Shown here piece by piece: positions 55,235 through 63,570 of a DNA stretch of 64,000 bases (the stretch's first letter is position 1; each line of letters begins with the position of its first letter). Made by a program: the position numbers and the translations under genes. The stretch comes from Dehalococcoidia bacterium (GTDB lineage Bacteria > Chloroflexota > Dehalococcoidia > Lucifugimonadales > VXLM01): NCBI GenBank assembly GCA_034423035.1, contig DAOUJF010000025.1:64349-128348 (forward strand). The letters run 5' to 3'. The notes beneath the pieces were generated by a model that worked only from the letters and a program-made list of their open reading frames with translations, had not been told where the DNA came from and made no database searches.

Positions 55235-55438
55235 TCAGTTCACGAGTCTGGAGAATTCGTCCCTGGAAATACCTGCATCTCTGAGGAGACGTCTCAACAG
55301 CCCTCTGCCAAGTTCTTTGTGCCTGGGCACTGACAGCCTGGACCTCGATGGATGCACCAAAATCATGTGGCTCCCTCGAAGATGATCCAGAGTGTAACCG
55401 ATTCGGCGCATAGCGCTGACGAACTCATCGCCAGACAC
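55235..55438 (-). CDS. hicA: HicA-family toxin
   Basis: 67 aa with RIGYTLDHLRGSHMILVHP. Confidence 0.8.
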   Translation of the reverse strand: MSGDEFVSAMRRIGYTLDHLRGSHMILVHPSRSRLSVPRHKELGRGLLRRLLRDAGISRDEFSRLVN

Positions 55439-55459
55439 GACACCGGCAGACGAGCCACT

Positions 55460-55675
55460 CTAGGCCACTAGTTTGACCTCATGAAGATCGAACTCAGAGG
55501 GCAGAGGTTCTCCGTGTTTCTTCATGCTGGCGACAAACCCGATTATGGCCTCTCTTATGTTGACCTCAGCCTCTTCCCTTGTCCGACCCTGAGAGTGGCA
55601 CCCGGGCAGGCTTGGACAACTGGCCACGATAAATCCGTCTTCGTCCTCTTCGAATGTCACATCTATCTTGTTCAT
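55460..55675 (-). CDS. hicB: HicB-like (UPF0150) antitoxin
   Basis: FEEDEDGFIVASCPSLPGCHSQGRTREEAEVNIREAI. Lies 21 nt upstream of hicA. Confidence 0.75.
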   Translation of the reverse strand: MNKIDVTFEEDEDGFIVASCPSLPGCHSQGRTREEAEVNIREAIIGFVASMKKHGEPLPSEFDLHEVKLVA

Positions 55676-55762
55676 ACCAAACCTCTATGGACGGGACGCC
55701 CACCGATTCAAATACCCAATGCCGCGCGTCGTCTAACTGAGACCCGTAACTTCTACCGGTAA

Positions 55763-55915
55763 TTATTCTATCAAGCCGTCGCCCAGAGGGGCTTCTTTGC
55801 CTTGTTTTTGGTACGCAAGCAGCATCTCCTTCAGCGCGTCCCGGAGCATGAAGCGGCAGTCTTCAAGATCCGTTCCCTCGGATACGACCTCGGGCCACTC
55901 GACCAATTGGGCCAT
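55763..55915 (-). pseudogene. degraded or frameshifted second HicB-like antitoxin gene
   Basis: My own translation gives (ITPPYVKIDSGY)MAQLVEWPEVVSEGTDLEDCRFMLRDALKEMLLAYQKQGKEAPLGDGLIE. A TGA lies just upstream, and the only nearby ATG (55951-55953) is in another frame. Confidence 0.35.
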
Positions 55916-55965
55916 ATAGCCGGAGTCGATCTTGACGTATGGCGGTGTAATTCCTCAGCATATCG

Positions 55966-56763
55966 CTATTCCACTTCGGCGCTGATGATGAGGTGTTCGA
56001 GCCAGCCGTCGCTGTCGTTGATCAGGCCGTGTGGCACCTGCGGCGGACCGTAGACGAAGTCTCCCTCCTCGACGTCGAGGGTCTCGTCGCCGACGATCAT
56101 CTTCCCCGTTCCTTCGGTGAAGACGTAGACCTGCTCCTTGTCCGAGTGCGAGTGGGTGCCCGTTTGGAGACGGGGCTGCAGGCGGTGGATGGTGATCTTC
56201 TGCACGCCCTCGACGGGGGCTTCGGTGTATGAGCGTCCCTGGGTTCCCTTGCCTGCAAATACCGACCACAGCAGTGCTGCGCCGTGCGAGACGTGGGGCA
56301 TGCTGTCGAGCCAGTGGCGGTGGGCGATGGGCTGCTTGGATCCGTGCGCGTTTGATGCGGCAATGATCTTCTTGTTCTCTTCCTGCTGGTCTTCGGGGAC
56401 GTGCTTGCCGTTGATGATGAGGTGGACAAGCCACTCGTCGGTGTCGTTGATCATGTGGTGGTAGCTCGTCGGGGGAACACAGACGGCGTCACCTTTCTTG
56501 ACGGGGTAGATTACCTCGTCGATGTTCATCTTGCCGCTGCCCTCGGTGAAGTAGTACACCTGCTCGCGGTCGAAGTGGACGTGGTAGTCACCGGCCTTGC
56601 CCGGCTGGATCATGTGTCGGGTGACGCCGCTGAATCCCTGCAAGGGCGTGGCATTGTACGATGAGCCTTCCCCCGCGCTTGTCGGGCCGAGGATCGGCCA
56701 GACAATGGCAGTCTCATGTCCGATGTAGGGTGTTACGTCTTGCCAGTTAACTTTGATCGCCAT
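55966..56763 (-). CDS. bicupin protein
   Basis: Two cupin barrels: GDYHVHFDREQVYYFTEGSGKM...H and THSHSDKEQVYVFTEGTGKM...H. Confidence 0.7.
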   Translation of the reverse strand: MAIKVNWQDVTPYIGHETAIVWPILGPTSAGEGSSYNATPLQGFSGVTRHMIQPGKAGDYHVHFDREQVYYFTEGSGKMNIDEVIYPVKKGDAVCVPPTSYHHMINDTDEWLVHLIINGKHVPEDQQEENKKIIAASNAHGSKQPIAHRHWLDSMPHVSHGAALLWSVFAGKGTQGRSYTEAPVEGVQKITIHRLQPRLQTGTHSHSDKEQVYVFTEGTGKMIVGDETLDVEEGDFVYGPPQVPHGLINDSDGWLEHLIISAEVE

Positions 56764-56853
56764 GTGGCACTCCTTGCTCGTACTTGGCCCAGCTTTGTAT
56801 TCGCACGTCTTGGATGGTTGGTAGGCTATTGTATTGGAGAGAGTACTCTCTCG

Positions 56854-58122
56854 TTAATTTGGAGCTTCGATTACGTCGAATCCAGCGTATGGCTGCAGGA
56901 CTTCGGGGACGGCGATTGAGCCGTCTGCCTGTTGGTAGTTTTCCATGATGGCGATGAGTGTGCGAGGAATACCCAGGCCGGAGCCGTTGAGGGTATGAGC
57001 GAGCTGAGGACGGGCGCCATCTTCGGAGCGATACCGAATCTTGGCGCGGCGGGCCTGGAAGTCGGTGCAGTTTGAGACGGAGCTGACCTCGAGCCAGTCA
57101 CCGCTTCCTGGCGCCCAGAGTTCCACATCGTAGGTCTTTATCGATGCGAAGCCGAGATCGCCGGTGCACTGGAGGAGGAGGCGGTGATGGAGCCCAAGGC
57201 GGCTGCAGAGCTCCTCGGCGTCCGCGACCATTTCGTTCAAGGCGGCTGGAGAGTCCCCCGGTTCGGTGAAGCGGAACATCTCCACTTTTTCGAACTGGTG
57301 GACTCGCTTGATCCCCCGCGTGTCGCGGCCGGCGGCCGCCTTCTCACGCCGGTAGGATGGCGAGTGCGCCACGTACTTTAGCGGCAACACTCCCGGCTCG
57401 ATGATCTCGTCGGCGTGTAGATTCGTGATGGGAACCTCGGCGGTGGGGATCATCCAGAGGTCGTCTTCCTCGTCGTGGTACATGGTGTCGGCGAACTTTG
57501 GCAGCTGACCGCTGCCGGTGGCCGACTGTCGCGTGACCATGTGGGGGACGTAGAGTTCCTGCATTCCAAACTCGTTCACGTGAACGTCGAGGAGCCAGGT
57601 GATGAGGGCACGCTGGAGGGTCGCTCCCTTGCCCTTGAAGATATAGAACCGCGAGCCCGACAGCTTGACCGCTCGCCGGAAGTCGATGATGTCGAGCGAC
57701 TCTCCCATCTCCCAGTGCGGCTTCGGATCGAATGAGAAGTCCGGCGGGGAGCCGACCGTCTTGACGACGATGTTGTGGGCGTCGTCGTCTCCAACGGGCA
57801 CATCGTCCTCAGGGATGTTGGGTACGTCCAAGAGTAGGGAGTCGTATTCGGCGACGACCTCGCGGAGGTCGCCTTCGAGCTGCTTGATGCGAGAGCCGAC
57901 CTCTCGCATTTCGGCGATAAGCTCCGGCGGCTTTTCCTTCGTCCTGCCCAGCTTCCCGCTAACCTCGTTGCGACGTGAGCGCAGGGTATCGGTCTCGGCG
58001 ATGAGTTCGCGCCGTTGTACGTCCAGTTCGAGAATGCGGTCGATGGTGCCGGTCAGCCCACGGTCGGCGATGGACTTCTTGACCCGGTCGGCCTCGTTCC
58101 GAATTGTTTCGATGCTCAGCAT
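56854..58122 (-). CDS. serS: serine--tRNA ligase
   Basis: N-terminal coiled-coil arm, class II motifs (YRREKAAAGRDTRGIKRVHQFEKVE, GSGLGIPRTLIAIMENYQ). Confidence 0.95.
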   Translation of the reverse strand: MLSIETIRNEADRVKKSIADRGLTGTIDRILELDVQRRELIAETDTLRSRRNEVSGKLGRTKEKPPELIAEMREVGSRIKQLEGDLREVVAEYDSLLLDVPNIPEDDVPVGDDDAHNIVVKTVGSPPDFSFDPKPHWEMGESLDIIDFRRAVKLSGSRFYIFKGKGATLQRALITWLLDVHVNEFGMQELYVPHMVTRQSATGSGQLPKFADTMYHDEEDDLWMIPTAEVPITNLHADEIIEPGVLPLKYVAHSPSYRREKAAAGRDTRGIKRVHQFEKVEMFRFTEPGDSPAALNEMVADAEELCSRLGLHHRLLLQCTGDLGFASIKTYDVELWAPGSGDWLEVSSVSNCTDFQARRAKIRYRSEDGARPQLAHTLNGSGLGIPRTLIAIMENYQQADGSIAVPEVLQPYAGFDVIEAPN

Positions 58123-58284
58123 TTGCGGCTTTCGTCACGCCCTATGGGTATGTGCAGGTAAGTATACCGCATCGTTCTGGGTGCGGAGCGATGCTGGGAG
58201 GGGGATTCACCGCAGGGGGCACTGGGGGAAGAGAAAGTAGAAAGAACTGCGAAGAGAGTAGGGAACGTGTCGACACGGTTGTTT

Positions 58285-58320
58285 CACGCTTCGACCCTTC
58301 GTCAAGCTCAGGGCGAACGG
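58285..58320. repeat. REP family 1 copy
   Basis: cacgcttcgacccttcgtcaagctcagggcgaacgg. Confidence 0.6.
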
Positions 58321-58439
58321 ATTGAAGTGTGGATCTAGTTGGGGGCGCGGGCGAGGTGGGATTTTTGCCGTTTGGCATGGCGTTGGAGTTCGCGGCGCTG
58401 GCGGCGGTTGGGGATAGGTGCTGGGTTCTGGGTGCTGGA

Positions 58440-58600
58440 CCCTCACCCCCGTATCGGAGTACGGGGCAGGCTCTAGCCCTCTCCCAGGACGGGAGAGGGG
58501 GTAAGCAGGAGTGTTGCGTCGGGGAATTCACCCTCACCCCAGCCCTCTCCCGCGAACGGGAGAGGGGGGTGCATCTCCCTTATGGGAGAGGGGATACGCG
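58440..58600. repeat. cluster of REP family 2 units
   Basis: ctagccctctcccaggacgggagaggg, caccccagccctctcccgcgaacgggagagggg, ctcccttatgggagagggg. Confidence 0.65.
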
Positions 58601-58652
58601 GTGATTATATCCAAGTGGGAACGGTGGCAACAAGTGGCTGTGCTCTTTCCGA

Positions 58653-59879
58653 TTACTCGCCCGCTACGAAGAGGCCTCGCTCAAACCCCATGAGGAACTC
58701 AGGGCCGTCCTTGCCGACGTGCATGTGGTCTCCGAGAGGGACGAACATCTTGCCGGAGCCTGGCAGGGCGAAGGCGGAGTGGAGGATTATCGTGTTTCCC
58801 GCTTCGAGGATTGCGTCGTTGCTCTCGGCAGGACTGGGACGCTCGCTATAGTCCATCCCGATACCGTGTCCGACACGTCCGCCCAGCAGCGACCATCCGG
58901 CGGCCTCGCATGTTTCGCGGATAGCCTTCGCGATATTACCCGCGCGGTTGGCGGGGCGCATCTGCTCGATGCCTGCTGTCTGCGAGTCGATGGCGGTCTG
59001 CATGATGCCGTCGAGATACTCGTTGCGGCGCATGAGTGTTCCCGCCCGCTGGCCGTGACTCCAGTAACCCTTGTAGACGATGTACGAGCAGGTGTTCATG
59101 AAGTCGCCTTCCTGCAGGACGCGCAGGTGTGGCCGGATGTCGAGTCTGGTGTCCTCCCACTTGGTGTCGGGACCTGACCCCATCCAGTACTTTGCGTGGT
59201 CGGCCCCGGCCTTCCGGACGGCGCGCTCCATCTCGGCGACGATCTCAATGCCACGCATACCGGGGCGGGCGACATCGACCATCGTCCGGAAGCCGATGTC
59301 GCCGAGGCGAGCGGCGTGCCTGATGAGTTCCAACTCCTCGGGTGTCTTGACGGCGCGCAACTCCGCCACGATGTCGTCACCTCGCACGAGGTTATCGCCC
59401 AGTTCGGCATGCAGGAGTTCGTAGAAAGGAACGGGCATGTTGTCAACGCCTACCACGCCGACCCTCTCGTTGAATATCTCGTTCTCCCGCATGATCGCCA
59501 CCGTCTCCTCAGCAAAGGTGCGAGGGCCTCTCGCGCCGCCGAGGGTCTTGGCGTCCACGGCCACGGCGTTGGGATCGACGGCCTTGACCATCCGTACGTC
59601 CTTGATGGGGGAGACCTGGTCGATCTGCTCCAGCATGTAGGGAAGGCCGGCAAACATGAGGACGGGTTCGCCCTCGACCGGCACGACTACGGCGGAATCT
59701 ACGATGCGGTCATGGTTGGCCCAGCCTGTCAGGTAGGCGACGTGAGCGGTCTGCCCCCATTTGTGCTCTGCGGCGGGAGAGTAGACGAACAGGGCGCCGA
59801 GATTCCTGGACTCCAGCCAAGCTTGGATCCTCTCGATGCGGGGACGTATCACGCTCATGTCTGTCGCTTCGTCGAACAT
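58653..59879 (-). CDS. M24-family metallopeptidase (Xaa-Pro peptidase/creatinase-like)
   Basis: Pita-bread fold motifs HGIGMDYSERP and ILEAGNTIILH. N-terminal creatinase-like domain. Confidence 0.8.
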   Translation of the reverse strand: MFDEATDMSVIRPRIERIQAWLESRNLGALFVYSPAAEHKWGQTAHVAYLTGWANHDRIVDSAVVVPVEGEPVLMFAGLPYMLEQIDQVSPIKDVRMVKAVDPNAVAVDAKTLGGARGPRTFAEETVAIMRENEIFNERVGVVGVDNMPVPFYELLHAELGDNLVRGDDIVAELRAVKTPEELELIRHAARLGDIGFRTMVDVARPGMRGIEIVAEMERAVRKAGADHAKYWMGSGPDTKWEDTRLDIRPHLRVLQEGDFMNTCSYIVYKGYWSHGQRAGTLMRRNEYLDGIMQTAIDSQTAGIEQMRPANRAGNIAKAIRETCEAAGWSLLGGRVGHGIGMDYSERPSPAESNDAILEAGNTIILHSAFALPGSGKMFVPLGDHMHVGKDGPEFLMGFERGLFVAGE

Positions 59880-60030
59880 CTTTGTCTCCCTCTCTCTGCG
59901 TTTGTTCGTCTAGACCGCTTCTATACTTCGAACATAGTACAGAACTGTGGTATCGGGTTAAAGCGGAGCGGGCGGCCCCTACAGGAGGGTGGGCAGGATT
60001 GATCTTCTGAATGGTGCTGAAATAAGAGAC

Positions 60031-60070
60031 GGGGATGGATTCCTGCCTTCGCAGGAATGACGGTGTGGGG
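60031..60070. repeat. REP family 3 copy
   Basis: ggggatggattcctgccttcgcaggaatgacggtgtgggg. Confidence 0.65.
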
Positions 60071-60247
60071 GTAGGACGTGGGCTGTAATCGAATGGTTGG
60101 AATTGTGTGTGTGTGGCGACCGGTCACAATGGACGCCGCTACGATGGGCTGCCGGGGATCGCTAAATGGACGGTGATCTGTGCGTTCGCGATATGGCAGG
60201 GTAGAATACACGCGATTCAGGAATCAAAGGACGAGGGAGCCAGTGTG

Positions 60248-61819
60248 ATGACGCGACTGACGGACGTGAATACGACGGACATAATTGGGTCCATCGAGAT
60301 GGCGCGGAACGCTATGTGCAGCATCTTCGATCCGAACGGGGAGGACGTGCCCTACTTTCGAGTGGCGGTGCTGCCGGAAGCGTACTTCGGCATTCCCCTG
60401 GAGAGCCATGTGCCTGGTCGGCACCTGAACGCGCTGCTCAATGCGGAGGACGCCGCAGGGCTGGACGTTGACGAGGAGATTATCGAGAAATTCACCAACG
60501 CCTGCTTCTACTCCTATAGCGGACCGGCGCCATTTCCCCTTGACCGGGACGACGGGAAGTACGAGTCGCCGGTCGTGTTCAACCCGCACCACATACGAGA
60601 GGGTTTCCACGCACTCAACGCGCTCGTGGAGTATCGCGGATCGGAACGCGCGGAAGAGATCGCGGCAGCGAGCATAGCGGCGGTCCTTGAGTATTGGGAT
60701 CCTGAAAACGACTGGGACTACGACCGTCTTGAAAGGGAGGGAGTCGTCGTCCAGCGCTCGCAGTCCTACATTTCCGGCGTGGCCAGGGCGATCGGGCCGC
60801 TGGTCAAGTACAACAGGACGACAGGGTATGCGCCGGCCCTGGACCTTGCCATCGTGCTGAAGGAGAAGTGTCTTGACGGGTACTACACGTCGGACGGCTC
60901 CTTCGATCCTGACCTGTTCGGTACTCACGCTCACTCGGTGACGTGCACAATGTCGTCGCTGGCGCAGCTGGCCGACCTGACGCAGGACTCGACGCTGATG
61001 GGCATCGTGAAGGCGTTCTACGATAACGGGCTGTGGGGGATGCGAGACGAGACGGGGTGGTCGCGCGAGCAGGCAGTCGGGAACAGCGGCAGGCCTGATG
61101 AGGGCGAGATGAACAACACCGGGGACATTCTCGAAACCGCGCTGATCCTCGGGCGGTGGGGCTACACAGACTACCTTCACGACGCCGAGCGCATTCTGCG
61201 CTGCCACCTTCTGCCGTCGCAGCTAAGGGATATCTCGTGGATACCGACGCCGGATAATCCGGAAGGTCTCGATACGCTTCACCGAGTGGCAGAACGCACC
61301 CAAGGGGCATGGGGATTCCCAACGCCGTTCGGACACCAACCCTTGGAGCAGAGGGACGGCGGGCGGTTCATGCGGTTCAACACCGACGTGGTCGGAGGGA
61401 CCGTGGGGTCGTTGTGCGAGGCACTGCGGGAGGCGACTCGGTTCGACGAGGCGGGTCATTGGGTCAACCTCTTGTTCGATCACGAAACGCCGGAGGTCGA
61501 GGTGCAGTCAGCCTACACTCATTCGGCATTGACCGTGCGCGTAAAGACGCCGGGGCCGCTGTTCGTACGGATGCCGCCCTGGTGCGATGTCGGCACCGTG
61601 CAGATATCGGGCGCCACTGATACGCCTCGCTCAACTAATGGGTACCTGTTCTTCGCCAGACCGCCCGTCAACCGGGCGATCACTTTCCGGTACGACCTTC
61701 TTGAAGAGGAGATTGTGTTGCGCCATGTTACGCGCGACATCCGTGTCCGCCTGCGGGGAGACGAGGTGGCGGCGATGGAGAACCACGGGGCGGACCTGAC
61801 GTTCTTCGAGCCGCTGTAG
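60248..61819 (+). CDS. hypothetical protein, possibly (alpha/alpha)-barrel GH127/DUF1680-like
   Basis: GEMNNTGDILETALILGRWGYTDYLHDAERILRCHLLPSQ resembles the ETCA...YAD..ER..YN..L.SQ region I recall from GH127. Internal ATG at 60248. Confidence 0.4.
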   Translation: MTRLTDVNTTDIIGSIEMARNAMCSIFDPNGEDVPYFRVAVLPEAYFGIPLESHVPGRHLNALLNAEDAAGLDVDEEIIEKFTNACFYSYSGPAPFPLDRDDGKYESPVVFNPHHIREGFHALNALVEYRGSERAEEIAAASIAAVLEYWDPENDWDYDRLEREGVVVQRSQSYISGVARAIGPLVKYNRTTGYAPALDLAIVLKEKCLDGYYTSDGSFDPDLFGTHAHSVTCTMSSLAQLADLTQDSTLMGIVKAFYDNGLWGMRDETGWSREQAVGNSGRPDEGEMNNTGDILETALILGRWGYTDYLHDAERILRCHLLPSQLRDISWIPTPDNPEGLDTLHRVAERTQGAWGFPTPFGHQPLEQRDGGRFMRFNTDVVGGTVGSLCEALREATRFDEAGHWVNLLFDHETPEVEVQSAYTHSALTVRVKTPGPLFVRMPPWCDVGTVQISGATDTPRSTNGYLFFARPPVNRAITFRYDLLEEEIVLRHVTRDIRVRLRGDEVAAMENHGADLTFFEPL

Positions 61820-61884
61820 GAACGGAGCCATCTGCTCGTCACGGGATGTTGGTGCGGCACCTCGGGAGAGAGAACCCCTAGAAA

Positions 61885-62099
61885 ATGGGACATTCTGGGA
61901 CAATTCGGCCTCATCTGTATAGGCGGTCGCAGAATGATGCTGGGGATTGTTGGGGTTGTCAGGTGTAATATTCCGTTGAGAGTGTAACAATTTGTAACAT
62001 GCCGTAACATTACATTCCTTGTTGTTGAGTCTCGCTAGCAACCGCTTTGGTCGTTGGTCTGCATGTTCCAAGTATCAAACATGCGTTCTTGTTTGTCAA
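61885..62099 (-). repeat. copy C of the three-copy element
   Basis: Minus strand: TTGACA-17-GATACT, then gtaatgttac/ggcatgttac/aaattgttac (61983-62013), then gaattgtccc/agaatgtccc (61886-61905). Confidence 0.7.
62071..62099 (-). promoter_or_regulatory. sigma70-type promoter of element copy C
   Basis: -35 TTGACA at 62094-62099 and -10 GATACT at 62071-62076 (minus strand), 17-nt spacer. Confidence 0.5.
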
Positions 62100-62120
62100 A
62101 TGCAGGCCGGGTCCTAGATT

Positions 62121-62233
62121 CCCCACCTAATTCGGACGGGCAGCATGACGGACTGCCTCCGATGTTATGACGATGCACCTCGCCGGGGATGGATTCCGGC
62201 CTCCGCCGGAATGACGGAGGTGGGGGATTTTGG
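62121..62233. repeat. ~110-nt structured repeat, copy R2
   Basis: See R1. Lies 20 nt upstream of the -35 of element copy C and 16 nt beyond the stop of the NHL gene. Confidence 0.75.
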
Positions 62234-62249
62234 GGGTCGGGTTATCTGA

Positions 62250-63227
62250 CTATATTCGGGCGAACTTGTTGATTGCGTTATCGACGCCGACCTGCGCGAC
62301 GTAGATGTCGCCGTGCGAATCGATCCACAAACCGTGTGAGCCGCCCATGAACTGCCACGTCTCTTCGCCCTGTTCACCCCAGCATGCGACCTCTCCGCCG
62401 TTCATGTCCAGGACATGCACCTGTCCCCCACCGGGGATGTGCGTGAAGCCCTCGTCGTCGATATAACCCTGGTTTGGGCTCGGCGTACTCCACTCGGTCA
62501 GGTAGTTCCCATCCCTGTCGAAAATCTGGATTCGGTCATTCGACCTGTCCATAACGTAGACGCGCTCATCGCCGTCAACTGCCAGGCCGTGCGGCAGGAG
62601 GAATTCGCCTGGGCCTTTACCATGCTTCTCGGTCGAGCCCCAAGCCTCGTCGTCGTGGTAATTCAGGTCACCCTTGCCCCACGAGGCGGTGAGTTCCATA
62701 TCCGTGTTTGTCCAGCCCCTCTTCCAGTGTGCGTATTTTGCTGCTGCGACCGGGTTGCTACCAGCGGCGCTGAAGCGGTGTACCCGGTTTTGCCGGTAGC
62801 CGTCCGACACAAACAGATCGTCCGAGACGGGAGACGGGACGGCGAGCGTGGGCCTGTTGAACGGGCAGCCCGCGGGACCGGGTTCGCCCGGGACTCCCAG
62901 TATCATGCCGGGGTCGCCGTTGGGCGAGTAGGTGCGGATGCAGTGGTCGAAGGTGTCGGTGAGGTAGATGGTGTCGTACGGCGTGATCCAGAGGCCGTGC
63001 GGGGTGCGGAGCTTGTCCTCTCCGAAGGTGTTGAGGTGGTTGCCGTCGCGGTCGAAGGCGAGGATGGCGCCTGTGTTGGCGTCGAATGCCTGAGCCGTGC
63101 GGACGGCCAAGTAGACACGGTCGTCCGAGTCGGTCGCGACGTCCGAGACGACGCCGGGTATGTCGATCTTGGGCCAGTTGTCCACGGACTCATACAGAAA
63201 GTTGCCGCCGCCTAGTCGTTTTGCCAT
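62250..63227 (-). CDS. NHL-repeat six-bladed beta-propeller protein (peptidyl-alpha-hydroxyglycine lyase-like)
   Basis: Repeated blades: DRVYLAVR, TIYLTDTFDHCIRTY, DLFVSDGYRQNRVHRF, RVYVMDRSNDRIQIF, DIYVAQVG. Confidence 0.7.
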   Translation of the reverse strand: MAKRLGGGNFLYESVDNWPKIDIPGVVSDVATDSDDRVYLAVRTAQAFDANTGAILAFDRDGNHLNTFGEDKLRTPHGLWITPYDTIYLTDTFDHCIRTYSPNGDPGMILGVPGEPGPAGCPFNRPTLAVPSPVSDDLFVSDGYRQNRVHRFSAAGSNPVAAAKYAHWKRGWTNTDMELTASWGKGDLNYHDDEAWGSTEKHGKGPGEFLLPHGLAVDGDERVYVMDRSNDRIQIFDRDGNYLTEWSTPSPNQGYIDDEGFTHIPGGGQVHVLDMNGGEVACWGEQGEETWQFMGGSHGLWIDSHGDIYVAQVGVDNAINKFARI

Positions 63228-63293
63228 GGTTTCCCTCCTAGTGTCCTGTTTCCGAAGTCCATTGCAGAAATTGGAAGGCTGTGTTCCGGGGAG

Positions 63294-63333
63294 TCACCCT
63301 CACCCTAGCCCTCTCCCACGACGGGAGAGGGAA
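63294..63333. repeat. REP family 2 copy
   Basis: tcaccctcaccctagccctctcccacgacgggagaggg. Confidence 0.65.
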
Positions 63334-63468
63334 TTTTTGCGGGGGGATTAATTCGGTGAATCTCTGAGACAGGACTCTGGCTGAACCCTGCATTTTTCTT
63401 GTACGTGAGTATACGGTTCCAGATTGGTTTTCGCACCTATGAAGACCAAAACGAAAACAAGCGAAATA

Positions 63469-63477
63469 TGGTATACT
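63469..63477 (+). promoter_or_regulatory. possible extended -10 (TGgTATACT) upstream of gyrA
   Basis: Sequence aaatatGgTATACTgac lies about 95 nt upstream of the gyrA ATG. No good -35 found. Confidence 0.3.
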
Positions 63478-63570
63478 GACTATACGTTTTACAAGAACAC
63501 CTGAGCGCTCTGCGAAAGGCACTCTTGTCCGGCGCCGCCCCCACTTTGGCCGGTCATTTAGGAGCCCTAC

